A stretch of 64,000 nucleotides of DNA from Candidatus Stammera capleta (GTDB taxonomy: Bacteria; Pseudomonadota; Gammaproteobacteria; Enterobacterales; Enterobacteriaceae): the NCBI GenBank assembly GCA_015134695.1, contig CP043987.1:14423-78422 (forward strand), written 5' to 3'. Made by a program: the position numbers and the translations under genes. Positions 51,933-62,748 of the stretch are shown piece by piece. Each line of letters starts with the position of its first letter. Within the stretch, counting starts at the first letter, position 1. The notes below the pieces were generated by a model. The model made no database searches, had not been told where the DNA came from, and was given only the letters and a program-made list of their open reading frames with translations.

Positions 51933-52712
51933 ATGATTAATACAAATAAAAAAATTATAATTATAGATTCTGGTATAGGTGGATTATGTATATTTAAAAT
52001 TAATATTATTAACAAAAATAATTGTATATATATTATGGATAATAGAGGTTTTCCTTACGGAAATAAAAATTATATATATATAGCAAAAAGATTATTAAAT
52101 ATAATAAATTATATAAAAAAAAAATATTATATATTATTTATTATAATTGCATGTAATACTGCTAGTATTATATGTTTAAAATATATAAAAAAAAAATTTT
52201 TTTTTCCAATAATTGGAATATTTCCAAATATAAAAAAAGCTTTAAAAATTACCAAAAATAATATAATAATATTATTAGGAACATATATTACAATTAATTC
52301 AAATTATATATATAAATATATTAAAAATATATTAAATAAAAAAATAGTTAAAATATATTCATCAATATTAGTAAAAAAATCAGAAAAAAAAATAAAATAT
52401 AATAAAAAAATAAAAATAAACAAAATAATAACAAATAAAATAAATAAATATAAATATGCAGATACAATTATATTAGGTTGTACACATTTTTATTTTTTAA
52501 AAAATGAAATAAAAAAAATATTTAATAAAAAAATATATTGTATTGAATACTTAAATGAAATAAAAAAAAAAATAAATAAATATATTAATATTAAAAATAA
52601 AAATAATAAAAAGTATTTTTTTTATACTAAAAAAGAAAATTTTAATAAAATATTTATTAAAAATATAAAAAAAAAATATAATTTTACAAAAATAAAAAAT
52701 TTAAATATATAG
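51933..52712 (+). CDS. murI: Glutamate racemase
   Basis: Intact 259-aa ORF. IIDSGIGGL, both catalytic-Cys motifs IIACNTAS and ILGCTHF, and PYG. Confidence 0.85.
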   Translation: MINTNKKIIIIDSGIGGLCIFKINIINKNNCIYIMDNRGFPYGNKNYIYIAKRLLNIINYIKKKYYILFIIIACNTASIICLKYIKKKFFFPIIGIFPNIKKALKITKNNIIILLGTYITINSNYIYKYIKNILNKKIVKIYSSILVKKSEKKIKYNKKIKINKIITNKINKYKYADTIILGCTHFYFLKNEIKKIFNKKIYCIEYLNEIKKKINKYINIKNKNNKKYFFYTKKENFNKIFIKNIKKKYNFTKIKNLNI

Positions 52713-52729
52713 ACATACTATATATATAT

Positions 52730-53266
52730 ATGAAAAATATAATTATAATAAATTTATTAAAAATTTATTGAAAAAATATGTATTTAATATATTTAATTAA
52801 TAATTTAATTAAATATCCATATATAATAATACTACATTTTTTTTTCATATATATATATATAAAACAAAAAAAAAAAATTAAATATTATAAAATAATAAAT
52901 TTTATATTAATACCATTATTATTAATAATATTTAAAAAAATAATTAAAAATATTTTTTATATAAATAGACCATATAAATATATAATAATAAAAAAAAATA
53001 TGCTAATTAAATATCCAAAATGATTAATAAATTTTTGAAAAAAAAAAAATGATAGTTCTTTCCCTTCAGGACACACAATGTTTTCTTTTTTTTGAATCAT
53101 GATATTTTTTAAAAAAAAAAAAATATTATATATAAAAATAATAATAATATTATTAATATTAATTATAATTAGCAGAATATTGTTATATTTTCATAATATA
53201 GAAGATATATTATTTAGTATATTAATAAATTTATTATTTAAAAAAATATTATTTTATATATACTAA
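52730..53266 (+). CDS. PAP2-superfamily lipid phosphatase (undecaprenyl-diphosphate / PGP phosphatase type)
   Basis: All three PAP2 motifs are present: KNIFYINRP (KxxxxxxRP), FPSGHT (PSGH) and SRILLYFHNIEDI (SRxxxxxHxxxD). ORF 52778-53023 extends across TGA codons. The start is 52730 or 52778. Confidence 0.75.
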
Positions 53267-53268
53267 AT

Positions 53269-54180
53269 TTATATTTTAAATATTGAAAAATCTTTAGCTA
53301 TATAAGTTTTAGAAAAAAATTTACGACAATCATTTAACATTTTAATAATATCTTTATAAGAATATCTTGAACTAAAATGAGTAATAATTAATTTTTTTAC
53401 ATTATATTTTTTAGCTAATAATGCTGCTTGTATATTTGTAGAATGTCCTCTAGAATTTGCTTCTTTATACATATTATTATTTAAAGTTGATTCATGAACT
53501 AATAAATCTAAATTATTTAAATAAATACAACTATTTTTTAAAGGAGATGTATCACCTAAAATACTTATACTTTTACCTAATATTTTTTTTCCTAAATATT
53601 TTTTTCCGTCTAATAATCTATTATTAAAATAAATTTTTTTACCTAATTTTAAATATTTATATATATGACTAGGATATATATTTTCACTAATTAATTTTTT
53701 AACATTTAAATGACCATTTTTATCACATTTTTTAATTTTATAACCATAACATTCTATTGAATGATTCAATAAAAAACAATCTACTTTATATACACCATTA
53801 TTAAATAATTCTCCTTCATTAATTTCAAAAATATTTAAAGGAAAATTAATATAAGAATTCGTATATTTTAATGACATATATATATATTTTTTTATTCCTT
53901 TACTACCATATATTTCTAAGCTATTATTACAATTATTAATTGATCTACTAGTTAATAATCCTAATAAACCAAAAATATGATCTCCATGCATATGGGTTAT
54001 AAAAATTTTTCTAATTTTAGTTAATTTTATAGAAGTATATAAAATTCTATGTTGAGTAGCTTCTCCACAATCAAATAATCAAATTTCATATATATTACTA
54101 TTTAATATAAGAGCTATACTACTTACATTTCTTCTACTAGAAGGACTTCCTGCATTTGTTCCTAAAAATTGTATATACAT
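53269..54180 (-). CDS. rnz: Ribonuclease Z / RNase BN (metallo-beta-lactamase tRNA 3' endonuclease)
   Basis: MYIQFLGTNAGSPSSRRNVSSIAL...EI-W(TGA)-LFDCGEATQH...IFITHMHGDHIFGLLGLL aligns with E. coli RNase BN ([21 protein letters not shown]...LWLFDCGEGTQH...IFISHLHGDHLFGLPGLL); 303 aa. Confidence 0.9.
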
Positions 54181-54994
54181 TATTTAAAATTCCAAAATTA
54201 CTAAAATTTTATAATTAATTAAATTATAATTAAATAAATAAAATATTACATATATTTAAATAATTAAAAAAAATATTTTTTTATTATATATAAATTTTAA
54301 TATAATATTAAAATTAATATAATACAAAAAAAATAAATATTATTTATTAATAACATAATTCAAAAAAAAAAGTAAAAAAAATATTTGTAAATATTTTATT
54401 ATAATTAAAAATTAATATTATATATTTACAAAAAAAAAATAAATAAAATAAAATTAATTATATTAAAATAAATAAAAATATATTTTATATATTTAAAATA
54501 TATAAATAAAATTTTAAAATATAAAAAAAATATAATAATATATATATAAATATTTTATATAAAATATAAATATATATACTATTCATTATAGTATAAAAAA
54601 AAATATTAAAATAAGTTTATTTATATAAATATTTTAATAAAATATATAAAATCATTAAAAAATAATTTTTTACATAATAAAATATACACAATTAATTAAA
54701 AAAAAATATTTTTTTTTATATTTAAACAAAATGATTTTTATATTTAATATAAATAAAATTTTTTTATTTTTTTTTAAGAATTAATAAAAATATATTAAAT
54801 ATTTTAATACATAAAATATAAAATATTATTAAATTTTAAAAAAATACTAAATAATATATATATATATATATATAAATTAAAAAATATTTTATATTTTTAG
54901 AAAAATATTTTAAAGAAAAACTAAAAATATTTATATATTATAAATAAATAAAATTATTAATAAAAAAAAATAAAAATAAAATTTAATTAAAATT
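54181..54994. other. 814-bp almost pure A/T non-coding spacer between divergent rnz and glnS
   Basis: The longest non-coding stretch in the window. The track shows no ORF of 60 aa or more in any frame, and G/C bases are only scattered. (AT)10 at about 54854-54874. Confidence 0.6.
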
Positions 54995-56587
54995 ATGAAA
55001 AAAAAAAATAAAAATTTTATATATAAAAAAATAATTAAAGATTTAAATGAAAATAAATATAAAAAAATTATTACTCGTTTTGCTCCTGAACCAAATGGTT
55101 ATTTACATATAGGACATGCAAAATCAATATATTTAAATTTTCAAATAGCTAAAGATTTTAATGGTATATGTAATTTAAGATTTGATGATACTAATCCTAA
55201 TACAATAAAAAAAATATATGTAAATAAAATTAAAAAAGATATTTTATGATTAGGATATAAATGAAATTCAAAAACTAAATATGCTTCTAATTACTTTAAT
55301 AAATGTTATAAATATGCAATAGAATTAATTAAAAAAAAATTAGCTTATGTAGAAGAATTATCACCTAAAAAAATAAAAAAATATAAAGGTGGATTATTTA
55401 AAAAAGGTATAAATAGTCCCTATAGAAACAGAACTATAAACGAAAATATTTATTATTTTAATAAAATGAAAAATGGAGAATATAAAGAAAAAGAAGCTTG
55501 TTTAAGAGCTAAAATTAATATGAGTTCAAAAAATATTATTTTAAGAGATCCTATATTATATAGGATTAAATATAAAAAACATTTTAGAACAAAAAATAAA
55601 TGATGTATATATCCTACTTATGATTTTTCACATTGTATATGTGATTCTATAGAAAAAATTACACATTCATTATGTACTTTAGAATTTCAAAATAATAAAT
55701 TTTTATATAATTGAATATTAAATAATATAAATATTAAATATAAATCAAGTCAGTATGAATTTTCTAGATTAAATATAAGTAATAATATAACTTCAAAAAG
55801 AAAAATATTTTTTTTAATTAAAAATAAAATTATTAAAAAATGAGATGATCCTAGATTAATGACTTTATCAGGTATGAAAAATAAAGGATATACTTCTAAA
55901 TCTATATTAAATTTTTGTAAAAATTTAGGTGTAAGTAAACAAGAAAGTATTATAGATATTAAATTTTTAGAAAATTTTTTAAGAAAAGATTTAAGTAAAA
56001 TTTGCCCTAGAATAATGGGAATAATAAATCCTTTAAAAATAATATTAACTAATATAAAAAAAAAATATATAATAAAAATGCCTAATCATCCAAAAAATAA
56101 AAATATGGGTACAAGAAAAAATTTTTTATGTAAAGAAATATATGTAGATAAAAAAGATTTTCAAATTAAAAAATATAAAAAATTTAATAAATTATATTTA
56201 AATAATATAATAAAATTAAGATATTCAGGAATGATAATTATAAAAAAAATTATTAAAGATAAAAAATTAAATATTAAATATATAAAATGTAAATATTTAA
56301 AAAATAAAAAAAAAAACAATAAAATAAAAATAATACACTGAATTTCTAAAATAGATTTATTTAAAATTAAATATAAATTTTTTAATAATTTATTTAAAAA
56401 ATATAATATTAAAAAAAACAAAAATATAAAAAAATATATAAATAACAAATCTATAATTGAAAAATATGGTTATATTGATAAAAATATATTTTTAATAAAA
56501 AAAAAATTTTTTCAATTAGAAAGAGAAGGTTATTTTATAATAAAAAAAAACAAATTACAAAAAATAATATCATTAAAAAATTATTAA
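54995..56587 (+). CDS. glnS: Glutaminyl-tRNA synthetase
   Basis: [22 protein letters not shown]...[10 protein letters not shown]. ORFs 54995-55249 and 55859-56341 are in the same frame across TGA codons. C-terminal FQLEREGYF; 530 aa. Confidence 0.95.
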
Positions 56588-56611
56588 TAAATTAAAATAT
56601 TTAAAAATTAA

Positions 56612-57037
56612 ATGTATATAAAAAAAAATAAAGATAATAATTTTATTAAAATATTAAATTTAATTAAAATTAAACCATATAAAAAAAAAAATAATGAAAA
56701 ATATATGAATATTAATCAATTAAAACATTTTAAAAAAATATTATATAAATTAATAAAAAAAATAAATAATAATAAATATTATTCATATAATTTTAAAAAA
56801 AAAAAAATAATAAAAAATAAAAAAATTAATTTAAATTTAATTAATAAAAATCTAGAAAAAAAAATAATAAATAAAATAATTTATACTATAAAAAAAATTA
56901 AAAATAATACTTTTGGTTTCTGTGAAAAATGTAAAAAAAAAATAGGAATAAAAAAATTAGAAATTAACCCAACAAATAAATTATGTACATATTGTAAAAT
57001 AATTTCAGAAATTAAAAAAAATAAAAATAACTATTAA
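56612..57037 (+). CDS. dksA: RNA polymerase-binding transcription factor DksA
   Basis: 141 aa. EKYMNINQLKHFKKIL, and C4 zinc finger FGFCEKCKKKIGIKKLEINPTNKLCTYCK (E. coli [29 protein letters not shown]). Confidence 0.8.
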   Translation: MYIKKNKDNNFIKILNLIKIKPYKKKNNEKYMNINQLKHFKKILYKLIKKINNNKYYSYNFKKKKIIKNKKINLNLINKNLEKKIINKIIYTIKKIKNNTFGFCEKCKKKIGIKKLEINPTNKLCTYCKIISEIKKNKNNY

Positions 57038-57121
57038 TATATTAAAAAAAAATAAAAATAATATAAATAATATATTTAATTAATTTAAAATTTTAAAAAA
57101 AATAATAATAATGGTGATAAA

Positions 57122-57871
57122 TTGAAAAAAATAAATATAAATAATTTTAATTATTTAACTAAAAATTTAAATATTTTATTTTATAAATTTAAATATATAA
57201 GTAATAATAAAGAAAAATATAAATATTTTAATTATTTTAATAAAAAATATAATTATAAAAAATTAAATAAAATAATTATTAATATATCAAATATAATAAA
57301 AATAAAAATATTAAATTTATCTTTTCAAAAATATTATTATAAAAAAAACAATATAAAAAAAATTATAAATAATAAATATAAAAAAAATAAAAAATTATAT
57401 ATCAAAACTATATTAGTTCATTTAGATAAATGTTATATATATATATTTATATATTTAAAATTAAATAATATAAATAAATTATCTTTCATTGAAATAAATT
57501 TTAAAATATCCAATTTTAATAAAAATAATCCTTTAAAATTATTGAATTATTTAATTAACATATTTAATGAAGATTTAATTATTATAGATTATAAAATAAG
57601 AGGAATTATTAAAAATAAAAAAAAATATATAGAACTTAGAAAAAAAAAAATTAGTTCTATAAAAAATTATATTAATAAAAAAATAAAAAAAATGTATGAT
57701 ATTTTAGATGTAAATATATATCAAGAATATATTTTTTATACTAAAATGACAATAAAAAAAATTAATATTAGTAAATATATTTTTAAAAAAAATAAAAAAA
57801 TTAAAAATAAAAAAAAAATATATAATATTATTTTAAATGAAATTAAAAATATATTTTATAATAAAAAATAA
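57122..57871 (+). CDS. speD: S-adenosylmethionine decarboxylase proenzyme homolog (divergent active site)
   Basis: TTG start preceded by GGTGA. (M)KKININNFNYLTKNLN, VHLDKCYIYI, PLKLLNYLINIFNEDLIIIDYKIRG and MYDILDVNIYQEYIFYTKM are collinear with E. coli SpeD ([71 protein letters not shown]); 249 aa. Confidence 0.65.
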   Translation: MKKININNFNYLTKNLNILFYKFKYISNNKEKYKYFNYFNKKYNYKKLNKIIINISNIIKIKILNLSFQKYYYKKNNIKKIINNKYKKNKKLYIKTILVHLDKCYIYIFIYLKLNNINKLSFIEINFKISNFNKNNPLKLLNYLINIFNEDLIIIDYKIRGIIKNKKKYIELRKKKISSIKNYINKKIKKMYDILDVNIYQEYIFYTKMTIKKINISKYIFKKNKKIKNKKKIYNIILNEIKNIFYNKK

Positions 57872-57877
57872 TTTTCT

Positions 57878-58624
57878 TTATGTTAATATTTTATAACCAT
57901 AATTAGTAACTAATATTGTATGTTCATATTGAGCAGATAAACTTTTATCTTTAGTTTTTACAGTTCATTTATCTTTTGTTATATATATTTTATTTGATCC
58001 AATATTAACCATTGGTTCTATTGTAAATACCATTCCAGATCTCATAAGTATATTACAATTATTTTTATAATGTAATATATTAGGAAATTCGTGTAATTTT
58101 TTTCCTATACCATGACCACAATATTCTTTTACTATAGAATATCCATATTTCTTTATATAATTATCTATAGAATAACCAATTAAATTTAAATTATTACCAT
58201 TCTTAATATATTTTAAAGAATTTAAAATACTTCTATATGTTACATTACATAATTTATAAGCACTATAATTAATAGGATTTATAAAAAACATTTTAGAAGA
58301 ATCTGAATAATAATTATTTTTACATACAGAAACATCAATATTAATTATATCTCCTTTTTTTAAAATAATATTATAATTAGGTATACCATGACAAACTGTA
58401 TCATTAATAGAAGTACAAATTGATTTAGGATAATTCATATAACCTAAAGAAGCTGGATAAGCTTTATGATAATTAATAATTCTATCATGACAAATATCAT
58501 TTATTTCTCCAGTAGAAATACCTTCTTTAATATATTTAGAAACATAATTTAATATATCTTTAACTATTTTACTAGAAATAATTATTTTTTTTATTTCAGA
58601 ATTATTTTTAATAATACTATTCAT
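57878..58624 (-). CDS. map: Methionine aminopeptidase
   Basis: ORF 57965-58624 (…VCHGIP…DIINIDVS…GHGIG…FTIEPM…) continues across TGA into TVKTKDKSLSAQYEHTILVT to TAA 57878-57880; 248 aa. Confidence 0.95.
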
Positions 58625-58713
58625 AATAGTAATTATAATATATTATTTTTTATAATATACATATATATATATATATATAAATTAATTATAATTTAAATAT
58701 ATTTGGAGATAAA

Positions 58714-59385
58714 ATGAAAAATTTTAATATTAAAGAAATGATTAAAGCAGGAATACATTTTGGACATCAAACAAAATATTGAAATCCCAAAATGAAACCT
58801 TATATATATACTAATTATAATAATATACATATAATAAATTTAAATAAAACAATAAAATTATTTAATATAGCAATTAATAATCTTAAAATATTACAAAATA
58901 ATAAAAAAAAAATATTATTTATAGGTACAAAAAAATCAGCCTCAATATTAATTAAAAAGACAGCTATAAAATGTAATCAATTTTATATAAATAAAAGATG
59001 ATTAGGTGGAACATTAACAAATTGAAAAACAGTAAAAAAATCAATAAAATTTTTAAAAGAACTAGAAAAGGATTATTTATCTGGTAAATTTAATAATTTA
59101 GTTAAAAAAGAAATAATGTTTAAAAAAAAAATATTAAAAAAATTAAAAAATAATTTAGAAGGTATAAAAAATATGGGTGGCTTACCAGATGCAATATTTG
59201 TAATAGATGCTAACCATGAAAAAATAGCTATTAAAGAAGCTAAACAATTAAAAATAAAAATTTTTTCAGTAATAGATACAAATAATAATCCTGAAAATAT
59301 AAATTATATTATTCCAGGTAATGATGATTCTATTAAATCAATAAAATGATATTTAAAAAATATAACAAAAAGATTAATTAAATAA
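58714..59385 (+). CDS. rpsB: 30S ribosomal protein S2
   Basis: GGAG 5 nt upstream. MIKAGIHFGHQTKY-W(TGA 58780-58782)-NPKM...NKR-W-LGGTLTN-W-KT...GGLPDAIFVID; three track fragments lie in one frame; 223 aa. Confidence 0.95.
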
Positions 59386-59386
59386 A

Positions 59387-60151
59387 ATGCAAAAAAAAAA
59401 TAATATAAATTTAATAAAACAAATAAGAAAATTAACTAAAATAAGTATAAATAAATGTAAAATTGCACTTAAAAAAAATAATTTTGATTTAAAAAAAACT
59501 TTAATATATTTAAAAAAAAAAAAAATAAATAATAAAAAAAAAACTAATGAAGGTATAATTATAAGTAAAATAAAAAAAAATATAGGAATAATAATAAAAA
59601 TAAAATGTGAAACTGATTTCATAACAAAAAATAAATATTTTTTAAATTTTTGTAAAAAATTAATTAAATATTGTTTAAAAAAAAAAATATATAATAATAA
59701 AAATATTAATAATTATATAAATAATAAAAAAAATTTTTTAATATCAAAATTTAAAGAAAATATAAAAATACATAAAATACGTTATTTAAAAGGAAAATAT
59801 ATAATAAAATATATACATATTAATTATAAAATAGGAACTATTTTAAAAATAAATATAAAAGAAAATAATAATAATTATTATAGAAGTGCAAAAAAAATAT
59901 GTATGCATATAACTGCTATGAATCCTAAATATATAAGTAGAAAATTAATTAATAAAAAACAAATTAAAAAAGAAAAAAATTCTATTTTAGATTATAAAAA
60001 TAAAAAAGATTTAATATCTAAATTAAATATAAAATTAAAAAAAAAAATTTTATTAGAACAAAATTTTATTTTTAATGAAAAATTATTAGTAAAAGATTAT
60101 ATAAAAAAAAAAAACATTATTATATTAAAATTTCATAGATTTGAAATATAA
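59387..60151 (+). CDS. tsf: Elongation factor Ts
   Basis: Intact 254-aa ORF directly after rpsB. IKQIRKLTKISINKCKIALKKNNFDLKKTLIYLKKK (UBA-like N domain) and KCETDFITKN (NCETDFVAKN). Confidence 0.85.
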   Translation: MQKKNNINLIKQIRKLTKISINKCKIALKKNNFDLKKTLIYLKKKKINNKKKTNEGIIISKIKKNIGIIIKIKCETDFITKNKYFLNFCKKLIKYCLKKKIYNNKNINNYINNKKNFLISKFKENIKIHKIRYLKGKYIIKYIHINYKIGTILKINIKENNNNYYRSAKKICMHITAMNPKYISRKLINKKQIKKEKNSILDYKNKKDLISKLNIKLKKKILLEQNFIFNEKLLVKDYIKKKNIIILKFHRFEI

Positions 60152-60185
60152 TTAATATATAATTATTTAAATATATTTTAAATAA

Positions 60186-60269
60186 GGAGGTATGGCCGAG
60201 AGGTTTAAGGCAACGGTCTTGAAAATCGTAAACGTTAATCGTTCGAGAGTTCGAATCTCTCTACCTCCG
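60186..60269 (+). tRNA. tRNA-Ser (anticodon UGA), class II, no encoded CCA
   Basis: Acceptor GGAGGTA/TACCTCC, anticodon arm ACGGT-CTTGAAA-ATCGT, long variable arm, T arm GAGAG-TTCGAAT-CTCTC, discriminator G. Confidence 0.9.
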
Positions 60270-60280
60270 TATAAATTTAT

Positions 60281-61006
60281 ATGAATAATTTAAAACTAGA
60301 AAAAAAAATAAATAAATATTTAAAATCAAATAATATAAAAGATATTTCTATAAATGGCTTACAAATAGAAGGTAAAAAAAATATTAATAAAATAATAACA
60401 TGTATAACAATTAATAATTTAATAATAAAAAAATGTATAAAAAATAAATATAATACTATTATATGTCATCATGGACTTTTATGAAAAAATGAAAATTTAA
60501 ATATAATAGGAATTAAAAAAAAAATAATAAAAAATATATTAATTAATAATATTAATATATATTGTTGACATTTACCACTTGATATTCATCCAAAAATAGG
60601 AAATAATATAATATTAGCAAAAAAAATAAATGTTAATATAAAAAAATTACCTAATAAAAATTATCCTTTAATTATAGGATATAATAATAAAAAAAAAATA
60701 ATTAAAAAAATACTTAAATTAAATATAAAATTTAAATTCATTAAAAGTAAAAAAAAAAAAATTAAAAAAATTGCTATATGTACTGGTAAAGGAGATTATT
60801 ATATAGAGAAATGTATATTAAAATATAATATAGATACATATATAACTGGAGAAATATCTGAATATAAAATTATATTATCTAAAAATTATGATATAAATTT
60901 ATTTATATTAGGACATCATAATTCTGAAATATATGGAATGAAAACTTTAAGCAAAAAAATTAATAAAAAATATAATATATATACTAAATTTATAAATATT
61001 AAATAA
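60281..61006 (+). CDS. ybgI: NIF3-family metal-binding protein (YbgI-like)
   Basis: DISINGLQIEG...TIICHHGLL-W(TGA)-KNE...NIYC-W-HLPLDIHPKIGNN...ICTGKG...GHHNSE aligns with E. coli YbgI (NGLQVEG...LVHHGYFW...LYGWHLPLDAHPELGNN); 241 aa. Confidence 0.75.
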
Positions 61007-61041
61007 TTTATAATATATAAAAAATATAAATATATTATTAT

Positions 61042-62748
61042 ATGAACAAAATTAATATAAAAAAAAAAATATTAAAAATTAAAAAAAAAATTAAAATATA
61101 TTCTTATTTTTATTTTTATAAAAATAAAAGTATAATTTCAGATAAAAAATATGATTTTTTAATAAAAAAATTAGAATTATTAGAAAAAAAATATCCATTA
61201 TTTAAAAAAAAAAACTCTCCTACTAGGAATATAAATTACAATTTTTTAAATTTATTTAAGAAAAAAAAACATAATTTTCCTATGTTATCTATAAAAAATA
61301 CATATTTATATAAAGATATTAAAAATTATTTAAAAAAAATAAAAAAAATATATAAAAATATAAAATATTGTATAGAATTAAAAATAGATGGAATGGCTAT
61401 AAGTTTAATATATGAAAATAATTATTTAATTAAATCTTTAACTAGAGGAAATGGAATATATGGAGAAAATATAACAAAAAATATTTTAAATATAAAAAAT
61501 ATTCCAAAAAAAATTATTTCTAAAGAAAAAATAAAAAATTTAGAAATAAGAGGAGAATTATACATCAATAAAAAAAATTTTTTAAAAATAAATAAAAATA
61601 AAAATTTTTCAAATAGTAGAAATTTAGTTTCAGGAACTATAAGACAATCTAATATAAATATAATAAAAGATAGAAAATTATCTTTTATAGCATATGATAT
61701 TATTATAAATAATAATAGAAAAATTTTTATATCACAATCAAATTCACTAAAAAAATTAAAGAATATAGGATTTAATATTTCACCAAAATATAAAATATTA
61801 AATAATATTAATGAAATAAATAAATATTATATCTATATTAATAAAAATAGAAAAAAAATAAATTTTGATATTGATGGAATAGTAATAAAAATTAATAATA
61901 AATATATACAAGAAAAAATAGGTAATAATAATAAATATATTAAATGATGTATAGCATGAAAATTTAATTCTGTAGAAAAAAAAACAAAAATAAAAAAAAT
62001 AAAATTTAATATAGGAAAAAATGGAATTATTGTACCTATAATAAAAGTTAAACCAATTAATATTGGAGGAATAATAATAAAAAATGTTAATTTATATAAT
62101 TTAAATTATTTATACAAATTAAAAATAAATATAAAAGATATTGTAATTATAAAAAGATCTTATGATGTAATTCCTAAAATTATTAAAGTAATAAAAAATA
62201 ATAATAATTTTTATAAAATTACTAAATGTCCTTCATGTAAAAAAAAAATAAATATAAAAAAAAAAATTCCTAAATGTAAATATGGAGTAAAATGTAAAGA
62301 ACAATTTAAAAATATTTTAATTCATTTTACTTCAAAAAAAGCATTTAATATAATAGGATTAGGTAAAAATATAATAAAAAAATTAATTAAATATAATATA
62401 ATAAAAAATATTTATGATATATTTAATATATCAATAAAAAAAATTATTAAAATACCACAAATAAATATAAAATTAGCAAAAAAACTAATATATTCAATAA
62501 ATTTATCAAAAAAAAAAGTAAAATTAAATAATATTATTTATTCATTATCTATACCATATATAGGAGAATATACATCAATTAATATAAGTAAAAAAATTAA
62601 AAAATTTAAAAAATTTATATATTTAAAAAAAAAAAAATTAATAAAAATGAATTTTTTAAATAAAAAAAAAATAGTATCAATATATAAATATATTAAAAAA
62701 AATAAAAAATTATTAAAAAAAATTTATAAAATATTATCTATAAACTAA
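61042..62748 (+). CDS. ligA: NAD-dependent DNA ligase lacking the C-terminal BRCT domain
   Basis: Adenylation motif CIELKIDGMAISL, then LTRGNG..GENIT, RGELYI, CPSCKKK...CKYGVKC zinc finger and HhH-like repeats. The frame is open under table 4 to TAA 62746-62748. 568 aa versus 671 in E. coli. Confidence 0.9.

Noticed and set aside
57111-57125. ATG GTG ATA AAT TGA mini-ORF just upstream of speD, a possible alternative start.
   Set aside because: It is in a different frame from the SpeD-homologous sequence and reaches TAA within a few codons even when TGA is read as Trp. The TTG at 57122 gives the MKK...FNYLTK N-terminus that matches SpeD.
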